Assembly: GCA_951406725.2 (NCBI GenBank)
Contig: OX597815.1
Location: 143,902,001-143,966,000, forward strand
DNA length: 64,000 nucleotides
Source of the DNA: Octopus vulgaris
Lineage: Eukaryota
Direction of reading: 5' to 3'
Below the pieces are notes generated by a model, which was given only the letters and a program-made list of their open reading frames with translations, searched no databases and was not told the origin of the DNA. Every line of letters starts with the position of its first letter. The stretch's first letter is position 1. Below are positions 56,150 through 64,000 of the stretch, piece after piece. A program made the translations under genes and the position numbers.

Positions 56150-57062
56150 GATATAGAGGTTGGAAAGCATTCGGTGCAACTGTAACAAGCATTTATATTA
56201 TTTTTGATGAATTGCTTGTGGTATTTATATGTATGCTATATTTTCGAGGCAGATACAATGGACATCTTTTGAACTGTATACGCGCGAAGCTACAGTTTCC
56301 ACAATAGTCCAGGATATACTTTTGATATAATTCCTTTACCTGTATGTATTTGAAGGAAATAGTGTGTTGAATATGCTTGCTCTTCAACGTGCTATCGGTT
56401 AGATCCATATATTTCTCGTTGCCCTCTGTCGAAGATGACCTAACTGGATAATTGGGTTGTATTGTTGTTAAGGGTTTGACTTAAAGTTACTTCTATAATT
56501 GTTTTAATTAATCCCAACTATGGATGTGAAGCTTTCGGTACAGCTTCAACTAGCATTATATTATTATTTTCTTTTGTTGAATTGATTATGGTATTTATTC
56601 AGGATTGTTATGGAAATGTTTGCGTATCAATGTTATAAAGTTTCTAGCTATTTTGGAAGCTATACAACGGAAACCATATTTTCCTTTCTTCATTTTATTG
56701 GTCCCTGTGTTATTTAATTTTGTATTGTATTATTCTTTGAATTCATTTCTTTTAACACATTCTTAGCGTAGCTTGCTGTATGATTGAACAATTCTTCGTT
56801 GGTGGACACGGCAGAAATGTGCATCTCAATATTGTTGAGTAGGTGGTTGGAATATCCGTTAATGTAGTTAGGCCTTCTGTAGGAGTGGCATTTACCAGTT
56901 TTTAGATCTAATGTCTTAGCTAAGAAGTTTATAATGCTTATACTATTAGTTTTGACATTGATTTTTTGAATTGAATTCTCTAAAAGTTCCTATTTTTCTG
57001 AGTTTAGCTACATTGAGAACATTCATGTGGAATGAGATTGCCAGTCCATCGTCTCCGTACAT
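56150..57062 (-). mobile_element. Decayed Penelope-like (Neptune-type) RT-EN element
   Basis: YGDDGLAI, INFLAKTLDLKTGKCHSYRRPNYINGYSNH, ISAVSTNEELFN, IARNFITLIRKHF, YHNQFNK and EKYMDLTDSTLK occur in the correct order. Confidence 0.8.
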
Positions 57063-57191
57063 ACATATCTTTCATGCGGTGGGTGGATTGCATTAACAGT
57101 AGAATTTGGTATTTAGTTACGTTCCATCATTTACATCATTTACCACCCAAGCCCTCTTGCATTTCATACACACACATGCATATGTATGTAT

Positions 57192-57246
<55 letters not shown>

Positions 57247-57249
<3 letters not shown>

Positions 57250-57653
57250 TTTTACTCTTTTACTTGTTTCAGTCATTTGACTGCGGCCATGCTGGAGCAC
57301 CGCCTTTAGTCGAGCAAATCAACCCCGGGACTTATTCTTTGTAAGCCCAGTACTTATTCTATCGGTCTCTTTTGCCAAACCGCTAAGTGACGGGGACGTA
57401 AACACACCAGCATCGGTTGTCAAGCAATGCTAGGGGGACAAACACAGACACACGAACATATACACACACATACATATGTATATATATATATACGACAGGC
57501 TTCTTTCAGTTTCCGTCAACCAAATCCACTCACAAGGCATTGGTCGGCCCGAGGCTATAGCAGAAGACACTTGCCCAAGGTGCCACGCAGTGGGACTGAA
57601 CCCGGAACCATGTGGTTGGTTAGCAAGCTACTTACCACACACCCACTCCTGCG

Positions 57654-57655
<2 letters not shown>
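57247..57655 (-). mobile_element. tRNA-derived SINE family A, full length
   Basis: Head GGCGCAGGAGTGGGTGTGTGG (box A-like), GGTTCAGTCCC (box B-like), internal (TA/TG)n, (GTAAAAGA)-type tail. Both ends lie in (TA)n. Confidence 0.92.
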
Positions 57656-57727
<72 letters not shown>

Positions 57728-58019
57728 TATAGATCTATATATGTATATTTGCATTCGAGAGGGCACGTCTCTATTTATATGTGTTCCTGTAAACATACAT
57801 TTTGTTCTTAGGAAATTCAGCTTCCCACATAAATTTGGAAATATCTATAAGCCTTCCACAAAGAGCAGAAATTTAGTTATACAATGTGAAAACAGGAGTA
57901 AAATAAGACTGTGTGCTGATTCTTGTATAGTTTAATATCTCCTTTTTACGTTGCACCACGCTGTTATGCAAGAGTGTCGGAGTGTAACAGAAAGCAAGAC
58001 TTATTAAATTCAGACAAAA

Positions 58020-58420
58020 AGGAAGCATTTCAATACTATAAGGCTTCAAGCCAATACCAAGCTCAGATGTGAATCGGTCGTTGAGCTCAGGTAGACTGTT
58101 GAATGAAACCTTTCAGAAGATCTACGATTCATCATCTTTCTCTGCAGTTAAAATGCCTAAAACTGAAGTCAACTATTTTAGGTTTGCTTCTTCCACCACA
58201 ATAGTATCAAATAGCAACTCTTTCTCGATTCAGATATCGAAACATTATTTACAACTTCACACACTGGACGAGAAGATTCTAAATCTCTTCAGACAGGGCC
58301 CCACACACCCGTTGGAATGCTCATAAGAATGTGTTATGAGCATATCAGCATCCTGACAAAGACTGTGTTGTTCGACACCCATCTGAGAAGACAGTATGAC
58401 AAGGGGTAAGATTCATTTAA
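58020..58420 (+). mobile_element. Possible ancient PLE-type RT remnant
   Basis: LRFIIF and SDIETLFTT resemble the RFI and xDIxSLFTN RT motifs only weakly. Confidence 0.3.
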
Positions 58421-58479
58421 TCATCGTTCAGTTCGGTTAGGGGCTGTAGAAGAACGACATTAGTTATTGCAATCATTGT

Positions 58480-58535
58480 CATCATCATCATCATAACCCA
58501 CCACCATCACCACTACAACCAAAAAACACCACCAC

Positions 58536-58585
<50 letters not shown>

Positions 58586-58898
58586 CTGTCAGTACCACAT
58601 TTAATACTATTATCGCTACTATTCACACACACCATCACCACCACAACTAATACATTGTCACCGCTACTATCACCACCACCGTTACCTCTATTTCCATTGG
58701 CATCACTACAACCATCGCCATCGGAATACCAACAACACCACTATCGTTGCCGTCATTCTTCCACTACACCAACACCACAACTCCCACCCATCTTCACCTA
58801 CCGCTTTCAACAACAACAACAACAACAGCAACAAAGAACATTCTTTGAACTTTTGCGATCAATTATTGATGAGTAAGACGGCAAAATTGCTCCAGTGA

Positions 58899-58960
<62 letters not shown>

Positions 58961-59575
58961 TAGTAGTAGTAGTAGTAATGGTTGTAGTAGTAATAGTAGT
59001 AGTAGTAGTAGTAGTAGTAGTAATGGTTGTAGTAGTAATAGTAGTAGTAGTATTAGTATTAGTAGTAGTAGTAGTGGTGGTGGTTGTAGTAGTAGTAATG
59101 GAGGTAGTAGTAGTAGTAGTAGTAGTAGTAGTAATGGAGGTAGTAGTAGTAGTAGTAATGAAGGTAGTAGTAGTAGTAGTAGTAGCAGCAGCAGTAGCAG
59201 CAACTGTGTCTGTGTTTATATTCCACAGGCAATCTCTTCCCTAGATCTCCCACTTCCGTTAATTACAATATCATTTATACTGAGAAAACTCATTGCCAAG
59301 ATGGTTGCCTCAAAATTAAACAACTCACTTTTTCCATATTCAAATATTAGGTTGTTATTGTTGTTGCTGTTGCTGTTGCTGGTGGTGGTGGTGGTGGTGG
59401 TGCTGCTGCTGCTGCTGCTGCCGCTGCTGCTGTTATTCTTGTTGTTGTTGTTGTTGTTACTACTGCTACAACAACTACTACGACTGTTGGTACTGCAGCC
59501 GCTGTTTGTGATGATGATGATGATGATTAGGAGGAGGAAGAAAAGGAGAGGAGGAGGATGGGAGGAGGAGGAGGG
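58480..59575. repeat. (CAT)n/(CAC)n/(TAG)n/(TGC)n/(GGA)n low-complexity zone
   Basis: Directly visible. Confidence 0.9.
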
Positions 59576-60399
59576 GTGCCCCAGCATGGCCGCAGCCTAA
59601 TGACTGGAAGAAGTAAATAATAAAAGAAAAAACAACCAGAACAATAATTGCTACAAAACGTCTTGCCTGTTGCTTAAACATGTCCACCAATCCACCACCT
59701 TCGACTGCTCCTGTATTTTATCGCCAACGAAAGAAGCAAGCGTGAAGTTGACCTCGGTTGAATTTGAACCTAGACCACTGAGAGCCGGAACAAATACTGC
59801 AAGGTACAGTGTCCTACGTCCTAAAACCACTGCGCCTTACGCTCTGGCACCACACTCATCCCCACCTCCATCACCACTGCCTAAACGATAACTACTGCAA
59901 CTGCTACAACATTGCTGCCATCACTGCAACTACTACTACTACTAATACTACTACTACTACTACAGACCTTACCCCCTAATTATCATTACAGTCACATATA
60001 ACAGTAGTAGATACAGTATTACTACCACAACCACCGCTATCACTATCCCCCCACCCACCCAATATAAGCACCAGAATCATCACGGCCAACATTCTCATCC
60101 CCATTACTAACTTCATAAACACCACCAAGATCACTTCAGTATTTCACTTGTGACGACTCACCTGAACGACCTTTCCAATTCGCCGATGTATGGTAGTTGT
60201 AGTGGTATTGATTCTAATATTGGTATTAGCGAAAGCCGCTATCTTGCTCATGGCCGTTTTCTAGGTTTTGTTGATGTGTATCACCCGTCTTTACCCTCGC
60301 CGAGTAAATCTACTGGTGTCGAAGTCACAGAAAATCAGAGCAGCTACAGAGTTAATCTTCAACTCTGTAAGACTAAAGGTGGTCTATGGTAGAATAAAA

Positions 60400-61640
60400 T
60401 AATCAATAAAATGGTCCTTTCACTGATTACCTATTGTTACTTCAAATTTCATATGCTGAAAGATCTTCGCATAACCAACAAGCGATAAAATAGAACTACT
60501 CAACGCGAATATCTGTAACATTGTGAATATCTGTAACGACGTTCGGAACATCCGGTATTGCACGTTGGGGTGAAAAGTTATAGTAAGAGGCATAACACGT
60601 TACATACTACATACTGATATTCATTATTAGGGTTGAGTTGTTTACTCTTTAAATGGTTCAGAATATGCCACCGGCTTGTTTGAAATGAAGGATCAAGCAC
60701 TCACGTTAGCCTAAATATCCTAAGCACATAGAAAAAGAAATTTGTTACAACAGATATAGATCTATACTGAGACGATAGCTGGGTTGTTCTCACACGGACG
60801 CACGTTAGATACACATAGGAACATTTAATTAACACATCCAATAACTTCGGTTTCAAAAGGTCTAACACTATTATCCTAAATATTGCAAATATCTTCGATT
60901 TTGTCCTAATATTATCCAACCATATACTAGTCATAAATCGCATATAGAAATATAGAACCCTGCCACACAGCCATAGCTTTCAAAAGCCTGATCAGTAGAA
61001 GAAGCAGTAGTGTGTTATCGGTAAAGAAATCTTCGACAGTTTTCACGCTACTACAATGAAGCACTAAAAGTTAGTAAATTGAAAGAAAACATCGTAAATA
61101 CCACTAATCCTCTGTCGCTATTAGTAAGTAAAAATACCGTAACACTATCTATACTTCGTTTCTCCTTAAACGTTAAGTTTAACATAGCTCAACACTTCCT
61201 TACCTTAAAAGTAAGCATGTTCTCGCAAAGCACCAATACAGAAAACTATGACAAATCTAAAACCGAAGTTATACTTGCACTATCAATATGAAAAACTTAA
61301 GAACAAGCAAATGGAGTAACTTAACCTAAAGTAACAGCACATGTGGAACCACAAATACATGTTCCCTTAATTTAGTCGTGCAACATTAAGCGATTATCTA
61401 CGAGACAAATCAAATATAAACATAAATACTAAATAAAGATAGCGAGAAATGAATTCAAATAAAAATACTTCTTTCAAAATATATAGAAAAGAGAAATTCA
61501 ACAAAGCTATCCAATTACGTTTGAATTCTGAAAGAACGTACAACTGCATTATATATCAAGTGAAAGATTTCCAAAAGTTGTAAACAATACAGGAATGGTG
61601 TAAATATTTGTCGGTTATAGGCAACTGAAACAAACTTCAT
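60400..61640. mobile_element. Decayed Penelope-like element with inverted 5' part (RT minus ~60400-60943; thumb and GIY-YIG plus ~60945-61640)
   Basis: Plus: KEIFDSF..YYNEALKVSKLKENI, KHQYRKL..SYTCTINMKNL, CSLN..IIYE, RNSTKLSNYV*ILKE..IK*KI. Minus: IWLDNIRTK..PKLLD. Confidence 0.7.
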
Positions 61641-61677
61641 GCTCAAGAGCGTCAACAAATCCGCTAACGTATATCGT

Positions 61678-61993
61678 GGAAGTGCTTGGCGTAGTGGTTA
61701 TGATATTCAGTTCAATGTCGTAAAGTCGTCAGTTCGATTCCTTGCAGCGCGTTGTGTCCTTGAACAAGACACTCAATTTCAGGTTGCTCCAGTCCACTCA
61801 GCTGACAAAAATGAATTGTATGTGTAATTCAAAGGACCAGACTTGTCACATTCTGTATCACGCTAAATCTCCCCGAAAACTACGTTATGGGTACACGTGT
61901 CTTAGGAGTGCTCAACCACTTGTATACTAATTTTACGACCAGGCTATTCCCTCGATTGGATCAAGTGAATGATTTGTCGCCGTAACTGACTGT
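61678..61993 (+). mobile_element. tRNA-derived SINE family D, old
   Basis: Box A TGGCGTAGTGG, box B-like AGTTCGATTCC, followed by a GTTGTGTCCTTGAACAAGACACT..TGCTCCAGTCCACTCAGCTG core. Confidence 0.7.
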
Positions 61994-62523
61994 ATTTCAT
62001 TTGGTTGTATCATTGGTGTTCTTCATGGTTAGCTACGCATGTGAATTTCTTTTACTAACCTTTAGTAGTCAGTGGTTGGGTATCTACTTATCTCCAACTT
62101 TGTGTGCAAAGGATTTATATATATACATACATACATATATATATATAATTTATATATATATATATATATAAGTTTAACAATTAAGGATAATCTCTTAATA
62201 AGGGATCTTAACAAGAAATTATCGGGTAGTTAGCGTGAAAACCTCATAAAAGAAAAGAATTCGAAAATAATTTTTTTCTTTTGAACAAATTAATTATATC
62301 TATATTGTATAGAGGGCATTATTACACATAAATGCCTCACACTAAGAGGGACAAAGTCATTACTACCAAAATTATACTAATCATACCTAAATGCAGTTTT
62401 TCAAAGCAAGACATTTAAAAAATGAATTTAGTTCTGTATCACCGTGATTTCACATTCAACTTACGTCTTATGATATATATATATATATACACATACATAT
62501 ATATACCTATATATATATATATA

Positions 62524-62588
<65 letters not shown>

Positions 62589-62887
62589 GCACTCACGCGT
62601 AGATACAAATACACATATGCTCACATACAAATATATACCCACAAATACACTCGTACGGATATACATAGGTACGCATATACACACATGCATAAATACAATT
62701 ATATACATACATATATACATCTACACAAACAAGTATCTACTTTCATGGACTGTAGGCACGTGGTGGGATATTTATGCATATAAACAGGAAGATAAGCACA
62801 ATCCGATACCCGTACACATTTAGGTGAGGACGGGTGGGAATTTACTGAATTATTATTAGTTATATTATTTGACAGTGTTGGGTCTAG

Positions 62888-62953
<66 letters not shown>

Positions 62954-63059
62954 CAACCGGACAAACATATGTATATATATATAGCGAGAAACACATCGCT
63001 ACGAACGAACACTTAGGTAGGAGGTGGGGAAACTCCCCTCGAGGAAAATAAATGAAATC

Positions 63060-63100
<41 letters not shown>

Positions 63101-63289
63101 TGGGAAGCAAGCTTCTTACCACACAGCCCATGATTGTACTTCTGTGTGTGTGTGTGTGTGTGTGTGTGTACGTGGGCGTGTGTGTGTATTAAAAAATTAC
63201 GTCTATTGACATAAAATGATAGATATGTATATTAATTGCACGGATTGGCTTACCAATAACATTCTGGCTTGAACTACGAGGAAAGAAAA

Positions 63290-63680
63290 AAACATCTCTC
63301 TTTGACAATGGAAGGCAGAGGTACTGTTTTCAGTCATATTTGTTTATTTGTTTGTCCGTGGACAACATATCTCAAGAACCGCTAGATCGATTCGGATGAA
63401 ACTCTCAGGGATGTTTGGCCTTGTGGCTGGCACGAACTGATTAGATTTTGGGATCGACCCGGTACCGGACAAGGATTCTGGATTATTTTCCTGTTTTTTT
63501 TTTGTTTGTTTTTTTTTTACTTAATTTTTGAAAGCGATCGCGTTCACTTTTATTTTCTCGTTTGTGAGAATAGACGAGTTTATTTCAGATATTCTCATTT
63601 TAAAAATCATCTCTAGCTAATCGTTGAGAGGACGTTGGTGTTGCCTCGCCGAAGGTTTACGCTCAAGGATTGCTCTTGTT
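63290..63680 (+). mobile_element. Helentron/HINE-like non-autonomous element
   Basis: Homologous to 43885-44177. Decayed 5' inverted repeat, (GTTT)n, and a decayed 3' subterminal repeat plus stem-loop ending CTTGTT. Confidence 0.65.
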
Positions 63681-63721
63681 AAGAATATTTTTGAGTCTTC
63701 ATCTTGAAAACGTTATATTCT

Positions 63722-63900
63722 TTTGACTGCGACCATGCTGGAGCACTGCCTTTAGTCGAAGAAATCGACACCAGGACTTATTCTTTGTAAACCTTGTACT
63801 TATACTATAGGTCACTTTTGCCGAACCGCTAAGTTACGGGGGCGCAAACACACTAACATCGGTTGTTAAGCGATGGTGTCGGGACAAACACAGACACACA

Positions 63901-63952
<52 letters not shown>

Positions 63953-63990
63953 TCTATGTGTGTATATAAAACGAGCTTCTTTCACTTTCC
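63722..63990 (-). mobile_element. SINE family A fragment
   Basis: TTGACTGCGACCATGCTGGAGCACTGCCTTTAGTCG.. is colinear with family A. Confidence 0.85.
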
Positions 63991-64000
63991 TATTTCTTTA

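Noticed and set aside
58859-59600. 233-aa Ser/Leu-rich ORF resembling a membrane protein
   Set aside because: Built from (TAG)n, (TGC)n, (TGA)n and (GGA)n tracts, with overlapping ORFs in other frames.

Overview
Eukaryotic, AT-rich, microsatellite-saturated DNA that reads as a large intron or intergenic region. The repeat complement resembles a coleoid cephalopod (octopus-type) genome, which is an inference. No intact host CDS can be supported, and almost every ORF in the track is a translated microsatellite. The window is mostly transposon debris: RLE-type non-LTR elements (R4/Dong-like, mostly beside (TAA)n), a near-intact CR1-type RT nested in a DD37D/maT transposon, two mariner relics, an L1/Tx1 3' fragment, several decayed Penelope-like elements (PLEs), four tRNA-derived SINE families, a non-autonomous Helitron and two Helentron/HINE-like elements. 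Four things stand out. (1) A dense set of type I hammerhead-ribozyme-like motifs, several on tiny cassettes inside (TA)n tracts, with non-canonical cores (CUGUGGA/CUGUUGA, CCGACGA) and one head-to-head pair. (2) A duplicated non-coding unit at about 28.0 and 36.8 kb (partial third copy at 44.8 kb) whose short blocks are nearly identical while the spacer has diverged. (3) Several long fold-back structures. (4) Candidate + strand exons and a possible promoter of an unidentified host gene. Boundaries were read by eye and are approximate unless a motif is quoted.
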